Part shown: in pieces, positions 1 through 13,742 of the stretch
Layout: every line of letters begins with the position of its first letter
Numbering within the stretch: position 1 is the first letter of the stretch
From: Klebsormidium nitens
Taxonomy: Eukaryota > Plantae > Klebsormidiophyceae
DNA: 64,000 nucleotides
NCBI GenBank assembly: GCA_000708835.1
Contig: DF237175.1
Span: 1 to 64,000, forward strand
Direction: 5' to 3'
Made by a program: the position numbers and the translations under genes
The notes under the pieces: model-generated
The model's database searches: none
The model's input: the letters and a program-made list of their open reading frames with translations, nothing else
What the model was told of the DNA's origin: nothing

Positions 1-928
1 TGCATAATAATACAGTACGGTTGCCAGCTATAGCTTCATGCGCACGTTAATCTTATTAATATAGCATATCATGCAGAATTCGATCGAAATATTAGTCTGA
101 TTGCAGTTGCCGCACATATGAGTGTGGACTGGCCGCGGGCCGATCATTGGCATACGCAGAAAACTTGAACGGGTGGCTGCATGGCCTTCAGTTTCTCTAT
201 GGCCGGTTCAAGATGCAGCATCCGACATTGTCAACGCAGGATATCTGTCGTGATAGCATATGAAGACGCGCATGACAATGAATTGTACATGAGCCCAGCG
301 GCGCACCGGTAGGCTCATTCCCTATATATAACTCAGCAAGAATCAGGAATCCTTTTCCACTTGGTACGTGTCTCATGCCTGATCGAAAGAAGCCATGCGC
401 ACCCATGTACTGACTCGAGGTTCTGTGCTATAATGGTCACTTGAGACAGAGATACTGCAAGTTTCGTTGATTTACAACAAGCACGTGCCAACGTTAATGT
501 ATAATCCTCTTGTCTCTTGGCCGGTGCTCAGCAGTCTCCTCTTCTAACTGCTTAAGGGGAATCTACGTGAAGAACGATGGCCTATGTAATGGCGCAAGGC
601 ACTTCTCTTTACAGAAACAATCGTTGACGAAACGCTCTATGACTCTAATCAGCTTCTTCCTGTCTCCTCTCGCTAATCGTCCACTTCCTGCCGATCTTCT
701 CACTATCTGAGTAGTCTCCGCTCACTTCAATCGACTCTCATCAGCTTGGTATTTGGAATGAAAGGTTTTGCCGCTCTGCAAATGTTTCAACCAGCTCGAA
801 GGCGCCTCGTAATTAAAAGGATCTCGCTCTCAAGGATGATCTCGCTACACCGCCCTCACATTTGATCGTCCGTTGCTCAGCCGTAATCAACTTTGTTACA
901 TGCCGTCCTCTATTGTTTTAAAGTACAA

Positions 929-3900
929 TCAATGGTCTCCCTGTTTCGCCTCGTCCTCGTACAATTTGTTATCAAACACCTTCTTGCCGCGGGCCTCGTT
1001 TCCGCTGATGCTGGTGGTAAAGGACAGGAGTTGACCGAGCCCCACCGAATCGCCCGCCAGCTTCCCCGCCCCAGCTTCTTCACCAGTCTGCCGTGCCCCG
1101 CTCGCTTGCGTGCGCTCCTTGCCAACTCCACATCTCCCAATGCCACCGCTGCGGAACGGCACAGGCGTTTCCGCACGGACCGCCTTGCCGGTGTTGCCAG
1201 CAGTGTCCAGGCCGCGGTCGTTAGCAGGCGGGGGGGTGGGGGAGAGCGTCTTGGGCGGGGATACCTGCCGCAGGGCATGCGGACATTTAGTGTTCTACAC
1301 GAGAAAAGAGCAATGGCGTTTTGACCCCTGTCGCTGCTTGACATGCCTTCTGCGAATAAAGCCTAAACCTGTGACACGCAAGAAGGAGCTGACTAACGAT
1401 CAATACGTCCAGTCAGTAAGCCACTTGGCAGCCGGTTCTTAGACGCGTCCAACCAGAAGGTGCATTTACGACGATGCAGCCCTACCCTACGAAGTTTGTC
1501 TTAGGACAACGAGTGCAAATTCTGAAGGCTGCTTCCTAAGTGGCCGTAACAACACAGAGATTGTCCGAACAGCACCTACCTAAGTGGATGCAGACAGGAT
1601 TTGCGACCTTATCTGAGGAATTAAGTCGATGAGCAGTCATGAGAGCAGTAAAATGCACATAACCACACACTGGAAAGGATTGCCAAACCATCACCCAAGC
1701 TTGTCAGCTTTTTGACTGGACCGGACAACCGCCTCGCCAACACAAAGCCAACCCAATGTTCAACTCCGATAATCGGAAAGCTTAAACTCACGGGTAAGCC
1801 TGACATGCGCGGAGAATGAAAGAGGGATCACGACTTGTTCTTGGTCGATGGATATTGCTCGGCGCTGAACGGAGCTCACCTCAGCATCAGAGCTGTCGCT
1901 GTAAGGAACCAATGCCTCCTCGTTGTCCGACCATTGCTCTACTCCCATCGGGCCCCAGGGATCGAAGGGCGTGCCGGGCACGCCGCTTGAAGTAGTGGGG
2001 GTGGCCAGGGAACCCGCTTGCTGTTCCTAAGAAGAGGAAAAGAGAAAGGACGTCGGACAGAAACGAGATAAAACGGCTTCGAACTTTGTCAGACTCCCGT
2101 CGCGATGGTGCAGCGTGTTCTCTCTTGCGCCTTCCTGAGCTATCTCTTGAGACTGACAATCAGCAGCTGCGTCTGCTACGAATGAAAGCATTGCATGGTA
2201 CAGGCCTTGTTGCGAAGCTGGTAGGTTACCGACCAATCAGTCGACCGATAGCAACCGGAAAATACCAAGCTCCGAATAATAGAAGTGAGATAGCATGCAA
2301 AGACTTCAAGATAGCGTGGCGAATTCCTTAGGATAGTCACGACCTGCCGGTTGCATTCGAAGATGTTTCATACAAGGTCAGCCTACTTTTCTGCATGAGT
2401 GGGGAGAAACGCCCCCAGAAAAAAACTTCGAGATGAGATCCGTACCTCCGGAAGCTCTCCGCTCGTAATGGTTTCCATCTTCATCGCCTCAACCGCCTTC
2501 TTAGTGTTGCTGCCGCTGACGCTCCCAGCCACTTTCTGCAAAATTCGACAAGACATCCCATGAACCCGACAGCCACGACTGGCTTAAAAGACTGCGATGA
2601 CTGCTGACAAAATGTCCCCAGAATCTTACAGCAGCGCTTCAAATAGAGCAAATACCAAAAGAAGGCGACTCAGAGTACGAGCTGACAGCTAAGACGAGTT
2701 CTAGTCGAGTCCTGGCTCTTCCATTTTGACGCATCGTTGATTACGAATGTAAGAATGAAACAACCCATGAACCGATACACAACTCTCAAAACCTCCGTGA
2801 ACTCAATCTTCCCTATCTTCCCGTGACTTATTGCAGTCGGTTGTCGTTCGCTTTTCTTAGCTCGATGAAGTCAGACAAGACAGTAGGTAGTCCGAACCAG
2901 CTGCCGCATTCAAACCGTAACGTCCTGCATAGGTACACCAAGTCAAGCACCGACTGACAACGCGATGATCTCGTCACTTACCTGTTCCTTGTTCGTCTTG
3001 AGAGATTCGTTCTGGATCGTCTCACGTCCGACGGCGCTCTCTCCTGCGGACGTGTGCTGCAGGGTGAGCCCCGCGCCGATCTTCTGCGTCTCCGTCACCA
3101 CTTCGTTGATGTCCTTCTTGACCACACTGTGTCTGTGCAACAACGAAAGGGAGAAGTTGAACTGCTGGCGCGCTTGTAGAGCAGGACGGCCGGACCGATT
3201 GGAATGATCGGAACGGTGAACTAACTCAAGCGGCGCAGCAAAAGGAAGTATCAGACGAGTACAAGAGAACACTTTTTAAAGGAAGACGGCCAGGAACCAA
3301 AGAACCATCAGCCCGAGAATCGTGAACGAATTAGAAGTCGTATTTAAAGCGTGAGCAAGCTTTAGCGGCCCGATCCTCTTTGTATGTGTCGAATCTGCAG
3401 CGTTGCCTCGCTGAACCAAGCAAGAACCAACGAAAGCCCTCGTTTGGCCTCAACTCTCACTTCAATCCCTTTACATGTGGATGTGGAGAAAACATTAAGA
3501 AGTGCTTTCTTATCTTGGAAAAGGACAGCGCTCACAGCAGACGGTAACCCAACGGTGCACTGAAATCCCCTTCAAAATGTTTGCAGGTCAGCCGAATTCC
3601 GTCAAGAGACATTCCCGCGGATTTTCCCACTTCTGCTGAGCACATAGCGGGAAAAAGGTGGACCTCGGAATCACAAAAGTCACTTGTTGAACCCTCGTTC
3701 ATTCTCATCCTCACATGCGTCCCCATTCCAAAGTCTCCCCCGGTTGCGCACGGAAATCTGATACTAGCAGCGGACTTGGATGCTAGTTCATAATCACCTT
3801 CTTTCTATCGGACCCATTGGGAAATACAGCAGCGCGCTGTACCAAAAGCTACCCGTTCCTACCAAGGCAGGCGAATCGGATTGCGCAACTTACCTCTGAT

Positions 3901-6664
3901 TTTGCTTGGCGTCCCTCTGGTCGTCCTTCCGCTCTGAATCATGCAACTGAAGGGTTGAATCGTCCGCTTTGCTCGCACCGGCGGGCGACTTCTTTGCATC
4001 TCCCAACTGCGTCAACAGAGTTTGTTTTTTTCGATCAGGCGACACGAAGGTCCCATGCCAGAATGTCTTTTCAGAGATAAAGCGCACACCTGCCTTGCGG
4101 TTCTGAGCTCTAGAACGCCATTGCACTTGACTTGATGTTTTTCTTTCGGATTTGACATGGACCCGGGTAGGGTCAGCTCAAATTTGTTCAACGCACAAGG
4201 GAAAGAGAGCACAGATCGCCAATGTCTGAAGCCAGTCCTTCATCCCATAAAGGGTTCTAAAACTTAAACCTCTAAAAGTCTAGATGAAGATCATCTAACA
4301 CTGTTCAGTATGATGTGCTAAATTCATTTAGGGACGGGCTCGAACTGGCCCCTAGGCGACTCTTCCTAGCATGCACGTGCATGACGTCAGCACGAATTGC
4401 CATCGTCTCAGCATGCAGACCAGGTTTTGACACTTGCCTTGGCTGCCGGCTCGTGGGGCTCGCTGAATGTGACAGGTGGCCGCATCGGCGCCGACGTCAT
4501 CTCCTGTCCACCGTTGCTCGCTTGCTTTTCTTTCGCGCGAAGTGGCTCCTTGATCGGGTTGGGCACGTTGCGACCAGATGGGGGCCGGCGCGGCGGGCTA
4601 TGGCTGGCGAAAGAGAAAGTCAAAATTGATGCTTTAGATGCCTTGACAACCTCGCCACTTTGAGACACCAAGTTTAGATGCGTTCTCCGCGATTGTGAAG
4701 ACGCTCGAACATTTCGTTGGTGTCCTCTTTTTGCGCCGAAGATCGATACAAGGGCGACCGCTCCCTTTCTGATGTAAAATGCACCAATGGCAGAGGAAGT
4801 TTCTTCAAGCGTCGTCATTTCTCCATCCACAGTCCTGGAGTTTGAAATTACGAGACGCAACTCTAGCAGCGGTGCCATCCTTCGTTGCACTGACAGAAGG
4901 TGTGGTGAAACTCTGAAAAGACCAGCGTCAGAGCCATTAGCAGGTGAGAGCACCAGCCGACTTTGATGCGCCTTACTTACCTCTCCTCCAGGCCGTCCTT
5001 GATGTCGTCAAACCCATGCTCCAACTCCTCGATGACGTCAGCAGTAGTCTCTTCTTTCTTGGTCGCGCTCTTCGACTGCACCAATGGACAGGTTGCAGTC
5101 AGCCTGCTTACCTTCCGGCGACAATGGAACGGTGGAAAATTGATGCTACTACGACAAAGTTCACCGCGTGCTCGATGCCAATAATCCAAAGAAGGCATAG
5201 TCAGACTGTTTAGCGGTCCGCAATCTTAGGGGTGTAGCTTTGTAGAAACTGCTGGCTGCAAGAGACTATATGATGCTTTGCAAGGCGACCAATGGTGCAG
5301 AGCAAAGGGTGACCGCAGACCGCCTCTCTCTAGAAGCGACAAGCTGGACTCATAACGAAAGGCAACATGTCGTTCCAACTTGCAAATGCAGTGCGCCCCA
5401 CACCAACCGGCAGAACCGCAGGCTCGCTTGCCGGACGACAACCTGGCCTGCAGAAGCGTGACGTCAGCATTGGGTAGCCCGCCTCATCAAGCCACGAGCT
5501 TTGTGAGACTTGCCTGCTCTGCCGGCACATGGGAATCGGTGATGACTTTGCTGGTCAGCTGCTCCACCGCCGGCGCCGTGCTGAGTCCACCATTGATCTT
5601 GTTCTGCGTGTAGTCAGGGCCTTGCTCCTCCTTGCTCGTCGGGGTTGGCAGAGGGCGTCCAGGCGGCGAAGGGCGGGGCGGCGCTTGGCTGGGGAAGCTG
5701 GCGAAGGCAGACAATGGAAAACGGTGCGTTTGTGACTTGCACAATTGGATTCGAATTCTAGACGAAGGTGCCTCGTGTCGTATGGGAGCCGATTTGCAAG
5801 CGGACTGCTTCAGAGCGCCCTTGGCTTTCATTGGCCGGTCGACTCAGGTCAGACCAAAGTTAAGACTGACGTTTCCGATCTGCTCTTTGCTGGACATCAT
5901 AATCAAGCGAACGAAGAGGCGCTTGACAAGTCTCACATCACGCTGTCAATCCCTCCACGTCGCACTTCCGAGCCGTTTGCAGCTGCCTAGATGATCTCCT
6001 CGGCAAGGTAACAGTTCTAACGCTCCAGAATCGGCGTACTGATGTGAAGAGTTGATGAAATTCACGACTGAAAGCTAAGTCTGCGCTTTCTACAGCATTT
6101 ACCGTCACGAGTCAGGTTTGAGAGCGCCTCACTTACCTTGTCATAAGGCCTTCCTTGCCGTCGGGGCCCGGCTGCGACCCAGAATTGACGTCCTCCTCTT
6201 TGCTGAACGCCCTCGTCTGCACAAAAGGATGTGAGAGCGGTGTGACCTGGCTCCGAGCAACAATAAGAGTGAACGGCAGGAGGCTACTGTAGCAGCGTCC
6301 AAACAGCATGATTGGCAAATGCGGAGAACACACAGTATCTGCAGCGGGCTCTTCAAGCAACAAATCTCTGATGTGCGGATCATGTCTGCCTGTCTGTAAC
6401 AGTTTGCGATACTTACACAAAGTCGCTCAACTTTGAGCGACCAAACTTACGCCGTACTGTCAGCAAACGATGCTTACACCAAACAAGTAACATCAGAACG
6501 TCAGCAAGGGGTATGGGACTAAAACCTGCCTTAACAGCTGGCAGCTTGGAGGGGGGTACGGTGGAACTGTTGCCAGGTTTCGCCGGCTCGCTCTGCGCCG
6601 GAAGCAGGGCCTTGGGAACGAATGCTGGCGCGTTAGGATTGAGCTTCGCCCTCACTGGGGGCAT
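929..6664 (-). CDS. PAM2 (PABP-interacting motif 2) protein, about 498 aa, 10 exons, otherwise low-complexity
   Basis: The N-terminus MPPVRAKLNPNAPAFVPK matches the PAM2 consensus (LNPxAxxFVP). Exons: 6664-6530, 6216-6137, 5697-5514, 5075-4981, 4603-4438, 4006-3894, 3132-2982, 2535-2446, 2026-1880, 1264-929. All junction phases are consistent and give 1497 nt ending ...EAKQGDH*. Donors at 5513 and 4437, and probably 6529, are GC. Confidence 0.75.
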
Positions 6665-7383
6665 GGCGGTTGCCAACTTAGGCTTAGGCGCAGTTGTCCT
6701 GCGAAAGACGTCGGGAAAGTGCTTCAAATTTGGGGCTGGGCGTTTAGGTAAAAAGTTGTGCCTACATTCACCGTGAGGATCTCGGCAGAACGCAAAACAG
6801 TTGACATGCCACAGATCAATAATCTTTGAATCCGTATTGGCTCTAGGACAAGTCTACTCGGATGCTCGAGGACCCCCGTCTGACTGCCTCAATAAAATTA
6901 TCTGATGCGGTCACAAGGACTCAACTCGCCTAGAAAGGGAAGGCTCGACGCGGTTATCTCCCAGACTGGGATGACCCCTCTAATCGCAGTGCAATCGCCA
7001 CGTATTATCAACGCTGCAAGTAGAGCCCGCTCGGAGAAGAGGGCATCGCATATCTACCCCGACATCCAATCTGACCGTGCCAGGTCTGCATAGCAGTTGC
7101 TAGCTTCCAGGATATGTCTCCACTCACCTCTCAAAGCTTGAATGGTATGGGTAGTGCTGCAGCGCAGCGGTGGTGTCATCTGTCGCCTCACTATCAGTGG
7201 CCTTCCCCTGCAGGCATACAAACGGAGATGTCACCCACAACTAACAAAGGCGAAGGAAAGAAGAAGAAGCCTCAAGTTCAGCGTGTTTTGTGAAGGGTTT
7301 TAGAACGAAGACAGCGAAGCCTTCAATCACGGATAAGCATATACTTTGTGTTTGGAGCGGCCAATTGCTAGCCAGTAAGTCCA

Positions 7384-10300
7384 TCATGTCGGACGCAGCA
7401 CTAGAGGGAACACTGCGCAGCGCCAACTATTGAAAAGAGAAGAAGTGCCCACTGCCGATACCAGAAGTCCTTCGACAAGTTGACCGATAAGCAGACCAAC
7501 GAATCCGACCGCTTCTGCACACAACGCATCAGCGCCTGCCGACTCTGCTTCATGATTGAAAGGGTGCGATGGATGAGACGGTGTCGCTGGCCTTTGCATG
7601 CACCTCTTCGCAGGTGTATGCATGACATCAGAATGCATAATGCGGACTCGTTTCTGCCGTAGTTGGCTGCATCGCGGCCACGGTCGCCTACCTGCTGCTT
7701 CTGCATCGTCAGCTCCGAGACCCTTCTCATGCACTGACACGTGTCCGGCCGCGCCTTGAATTTCCGCCTTCTCCAGGGCGTGCTTCTTGTTCTCGTCCAG
7801 GCTGGCGGGAACACAGCCGAAGGGCGGGTTGGTCGCTTTTCTGACAAAAAACACGACAACGTGTACGTGAGGGAAGCCTGAAGCGACCAATATGAGGATT
7901 GCAATCTGTTCGGTAGGCTGGTTCCTCGGAGCAAGCCCTTTAAAAGTGGTCAGAAATCAAGAGGCTCCTTAGTAGGCTCCTCCAACAGCTCAGCTTAGAG
8001 TTGAACCAGATGAGAAGAGCTTGAGTGGACAATCGTCGCCAACTTAGTGCAGGACACACTGCGAACGATGCACCGAAGGCGCTGCTAGCGACCAACACCC
8101 AGAGGTCCGAGCGCTGTCCGGCATATGTCAGCATTGTAGCGCCTCACCCACCTGATGTCTTTGCCCTCGGTTTGGTCGTGATCGTCCTTGGTGTTAATGA
8201 CATCATCCTGCTTGTCGAATTTGACGTGCTTGCTCGTCCTCCCGATCTGCACCAAAGGGATGATAATGAAGTATTAGGAGCTTTGTCAAGGAGTCAAAAC
8301 ACGGCAACTAGTGAGAGAAGCTTGGCAGCCCCTGTTTGCGTCAGTGACTGACTTTTAGGAACACCACACTTATCTCTTTATGTACAGGCCTCTATGGTGC
8401 CGACAGGCAGATTGCCAAACAGGAGTCAAAGACGTCGAGAGGCGCCGCCAAGGACGAGTAGAAATGACACACTTCGTAAGGACTAGTGAACGCGGATGGA
8501 TTGATGTTCACTCTCTAATATTTCGGTAATGATTGGAAAGGATTAAGGGCGGAATAGATGGCCCAATCCCGTCTACTTCTGAAATAGGAACGCACGACAA
8601 TGACGCTCGCAGCACGCAGACTCCCAGGCGGATAGTCAACTTCCTTGGCAAGCAGGTGGCTCGACGTCACCTGATCCGGCGCTGACGTTACCAAGATCTG
8701 ACTGTGACTTCAGCAAACGAAAGACGTCCACGAGGCCACCTGAAAGTCAATCCAGCCTGGCAATTCCTCGAGACGCGCAACAAGGGAGGACAGGCTGCAT
8801 GTATTGTGGATTCAATTCTCTCAGCGCAGGTCATACTGTCAGCAGCCTCGGCGCTTACCTGCTGCTGCAGAGCCAGCTCAAACCCCCCCTCGCTCTCCTC
8901 TTCCTCCTCGTCCTCGAGGCAAGCACCTCGGCCGCTGCTGCGACTGCCCAGTGAGTGGAACGGTGCAGGCAGCGTGGGCGCCCTGGTGGCCGCGCTGCCA
9001 GAAACACACAAAGAGACAACACGTCAGCAACCGTTTTGCACATGGATGCCACATGTTGCCAGTTCGTTTCTCATTTTGAAGAGTATATAAACAGGGTGGT
9101 CTCCAATAATGAAAGGTCGAGCAACTGAGGAGATGTGCGGGATACTGTGCAGCTTGCCAATCAAAGGAGGCTTGGGTCGTTATGAACCTAGCTGAGCCGG
9201 GTAGCTTCGTCGCAACCGATCTGCTGAAATCGACGCTTGAGACGGGCCACGCAACTAAATTGCAAGTGGCAACTTGTCCAGCATACAAGACTGACCTCTC
9301 ACTCCTGTTGTTGTCAACCGCTTCGCTGTCGCCGTCCGGCACAATTGCCTTGTCAACCACCTTGCAGAAAGAGAGCGCTTTTGCTTCGAAACTGCAAACA
9401 TTTTTTCACCAAGCATGTGCTCGTAGTCCAAGCGGGGACTCGAGTTCAAGCATACAAAGCCTGCAGGACTTCTTGCCCCGAAAATTACCTGTCGTGGCTC
9501 GAGGTGACACTTTGAGCGGCCAAGATGAAACGAAAGGGTGACTATTTCAAGCATCACAAGATTGAAGAAAGACTTAACGAGCACGACAGTTGCTGTCGCA
9601 TGAACCACAGCAAAGAAGGACAGAGCCGGCTTCAATAGAGGGGCAGTACCTATGCTTACCGTGGTCGTCTTGCCGCCGCCGCTGTGGCCACGCGCTACCA
9701 CCTGGGGGTTGCCAGTCTGGCCCTTCGATTCAGAGATTTTCCACCTCTCGCGAATCTACACAAAAAGTAGCGACGGTTTCAATTCGTGGGTTCAGACACG
9801 AAATGCAAGGTCTTGAACTTCCTGAAGCGTGCCTTGGGTGTCGATATTCAGCGGATCATGTTTCAATAGCTGAAGCTTAAAACTTGGACAGCAGCGCCAT
9901 AGCCTATGGTAGTCCTAGCGACTTTGACCAAGTCATTGCTTTATAGCCTGTGTATCAGCAAGCAGAGGCGAACTCTTTGTCCAGACCTGTTTCTCGCCTT
10001 CACAAATACTTTGCATGTTTTTGTGCAGCGTGACATACCACCCGCTTGAGACCTGGAAATCTGAAGCACCAGAGGTGAAGCCTTTGTACTAGGCATTTGG
10101 CGAGTCGGAATGAGAGGTAATCCGAGCAAAAAGAAGAAAAGATCCTGACACTTTACCTCCTGCTCCTTTTTGACCAACGCCGCCGCTACCTCTGCATCTA
10201 CATCCTCGTCAGCCTTGTCACAGGCGCGAAGAGCTTTCTCGAGCACTCTCGCCACAGCGTCCCGCTCAGCTCTACTTGCACCGGCTCTGTACAAACTTGC

Positions 10301-12409
10301 CAGGTCCTTCTTTGTCTGTGCAAGCACTCCTTGTGCAGCAGCCCGCCGAGCGTGGGCCGCACCAAGTGGGGAGGTCTTCGCAATCTTGAGCCCCCTGTCA
10401 TCCGCTCCCTGGTGTCCATCGCCGTCCGTCAAGGCATTGTGTGGCAGCTCGGTTAGAACAGCATCAGCTTGGGATCCTACGCCTGTTGAAGCGATCCCCA
10501 CTCTGCTTTTCTCGCGGGGCGGTGGGTTGTACGCTTCCGCGGATTCTCCCTTGTCTGCATCTTGTGAATCCTGCAATGGATGTTTCGAAAGAATCACGAA
10601 GGGAAACAACCTTGCATGTTAACGCGAGTTGAACTCTGAAGAGGGAGCATGCAAGCGAATATATAACAAACTTGTATGTTAAAGGCAGTTAGTTGCCAAT
10701 TTTTAAGATTTCAAACATGCAATCTGCTAATGAAGAGGGGGTTAGTGATGGTCGATGTTGTTCAGGTGACCCTCTGCAACAAGATGTATCTCATAAACGC
10801 CGTCACTTTTTGCCGGTCCCCCAAAGCAATCCTGAGCTTGGAGCAATCCAGGCTTGGCAAGCGTCTGCATATAACATGCAAGGCCCAAACCAAGAGGCCC
10901 AAACCAAGATGTGATTTGGAACTGGACCATTTTAGGCAATGCAATCCTTTTCAAGCAATGCTAAATCTAACCTCGCTGAAAACACATCCTTGTGCACTAG
11001 ACACCTCCCTCGGATAGCCACTTAACTTTTGAAGGCATGTAGTGCAGGATGGACAAGCAACCAACATGGATGGACACAAAAATGCTGAAGTATGAAAGAG
11101 GACCACCAGAAGAATACAGTCCACTGCCAGAAAGAACAAGATTCTTTTGAGCATACTTTGGACAAAGAAGATACAGAATCAAACCAATCCGGTACTTACC
11201 CCCTTTCGCTGGCGCTTGGGCGGGGCTGCTGCTGAATCAACCTCATCAACAGGGGCTCCCTCTGTTGCACCCGTACTATGGTACGAACCAGAGCGATGGC
11301 CCCCGCTCTGGCTCCTGCAAATGAAGTTTGGCAGAGAATTTTGACTGCCGTAATCAAGTGTAATGGATCCAGAGTGAGTACACAAAGGAGCAACACTTTC
11401 TGTCAGCTGCCAGGCACCTGAGAGGCAGCAGAGGTACTGGAGATTGCCATCCAGCCAATGCTACAGACATCCCCATTCGATGCATCCATTTGGCAAAAAG
11501 TATGCACTCTTGGAGAGCTGGGGAGGTGCATCTGCAGTACTTGCAAGGAACTTCTGAGAGTGTTTTGAGTCCCCACTTTTGAAAGACAGGCTTGGACACC
11601 ATCACTGATGCGAATGTATCTAGTATGGAGCACGCACTTGACACTAGACTTTCGGCCTCTGATTGGATTGTGGTGCTCTTGCACTCTCCCCTCTCCCCTT
11701 CCGCCGCTACCTCCAGCATGAAAATCGGGCCCGCCCACCCTGCACATTCAGCGTACTTTTTCTGATTTCTTGCTTGAGATACGAGACTGCAAGAATCCGA
11801 GATCAAGTCCTGCACAGAAGTGTGCCACGCTATTGTGATTGAGTGCTGGGCAATGCCTGAAAGGTACTTTTGACATCCAGTCACACTGAAACATGTTGAA
11901 TCTGCTCCAGAGATGAACAAGCAACTAACCTGGAATGTGGACCAAAAAAGTTCTGAGTGAATTGTCCGCTGAATCCTGATTGAGACACCGTCTGCTGCGC
12001 CATCTCCTCCTCCCGTTTCCTCTTCAGCTTGCGTTCCTTCTCCCGCTGCCGTTGAGATATAAAGCTGACATCAATCATAGCACAGCCGGACTTGCAGAAT
12101 CTTTAGAAAGCACAACTTCTTTTGTAGATGTTGAATGCATCTTCCAACTCCTTGCACTTAACTGTTAAGCTTGGACACTGTAGCTGCAAGGATCGCTCAT
12201 TTTAAGTGCAACTGCAGACGATTTTGACACATCACTTGCACATCCTGCGGTGATACAAGATCCTGCGGTCCACTGCTGAGAACAATCCGTTCAGTAATCA
12301 TCTGGAAGACGCAACTTACTTGCTGATTCCCCTTGGATTGGTGTTTGATTTCGTTCACAATCTTCCAAGCCTTCCGTGCTCCTCCGCCGATCAGATTTTC
12401 AAGCCCCTT
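7384..12409 (-). CDS. Multi-exon protein of unknown function (charged/low-complexity, one Cys-containing exon, hydrophobic C-terminus); 5' end uncertain
   Basis: Phase-compatible GT-AG exons at about 12409-12320 (KGLENLIGGG...), 12045-11932 (REKERKLKRKREEE), 11787-11419 (...VPCKYCRC...), 11315-11198, 10573-10157, 9757-9660, 9361-9298, 8995-8860, 8246-8153, 7840-7691 and 7514-7384. A possible start exon (MDAGEGDD...) near 12590 could not be joined in phase. Confidence 0.55.
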
Positions 12410-13742
12410 CTGCAAATAATTCTTCGTATTTGCCCACCTATAATTAACTTTCTGTGGCTTCCGCTGACCGTAAAAGCGCTCAAGTTTCTTTTATGAAAAT
12501 CTTCCAGTAGACTGACTTAGGAACTCCCTCAAGACGTCAGGCTCATCTATGTAACGTAGGGTGGCACCATCGTCACCTTCACCAGCATCCATTTGAAGTC
12601 AGAAGATCTCGCTTCGTTACGCTTGCTCATTGCGCTTGCTTCACCGTGCATGATCAACATGATTGCACACATACCTAGGTCCTAGGATAGGTAGATTCTG
12701 TTGGCGGGAAGCTGTTATACTGTATATAGTACTACTTATAGGCAAGGCGGCCGCGCGCGCCCAGGTCGATCACTTTCGAGACGGTCTCCAGGGTTCAGAG
12801 GGTTTAGAAGATGGAGGGCCGCGGGTTTCCGGATAGGGCCGGGTTCAGCTACAGCTTTTTTCGACCAGGGTGCAAATGAAACCAAGAAGTTTCTCAAAAT
12901 ATATGTGACAACTTTCAGAAAACCCAAAATGTCTGAAAGCCGGGCGGTCCATGAGGCGGCATCGAAAACTCGATTGGAGGAACTGCGGGTATGCATAGCA
13001 CGAGCCAGGTTGACAAATTTTCTGACAGGGCCTTTCAACGTCCTTTGAAACCTTCCGCCTGGGGATCCAGATTCAGATAATTGAGGCTCTATATGCAGGC
13101 TGTCGTCTTATATGGTCGAAAATGATAGGTCGAAGCTGTGGGTCTTCCACTGTTCACGGGCCGGGCCGCGTCGGACGCGCGCGCCCGAGCTGAGCAGCCG
13201 ACAACGAGCTGCCACACGCACTGCGCTAAGCCTATACCTATACCTAGAGGCTATATTCTAATAGCTAGCAGCTGGGCGTTCTAGCTGGCCCTAGCGCTGG
13301 CCCTGGGCGTTCTTTCCAGCACTTAAATATGGCTAGGGCTGGGACTACGGTAGTCTAGATAGTGCCCATGGCCTCGATCGCACAATTGAAGCGGAAGGAT
13401 CAGGACAATGCAGTGTCAAGCCGTCTGCCCTTCCCCTCGACCAGGCTCTCAAAGGTTCTTTCAAGGCTGACGCTGCATTCTACACATCTTACAGAAACCT
13501 AGTGTCTGTACACTGGCTGCCGGGTGGCTTCGTGCTTAGTAATCCCTTACTGACAAGCAATCCCTTACTCTCAAGCGTAGCAGGCTGATACTGTATTTCA
13601 AAACCCCTTCTAAGCTTTGCAACAAATGCACCTTGGTGCACTGATGTCTAGAAAAGACCTTGTTGGAACAGGGGCTGAGGCAACCAAACAAGGTTTGTGA
13701 TACCTTCATGGACCAGCATTGGATTGCGAGCACCTGCGTGAC

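Noticed and set aside
12740-13400. GC/CTAG-rich stretch with CGCGCGCGCCC direct repeats and partial inverted matches between the two divergent genes
   Set aside because: There is no consistent TIR pair, TSD or Helitron-type end. It is more likely promoter DNA or an unrecognisable TE relic.
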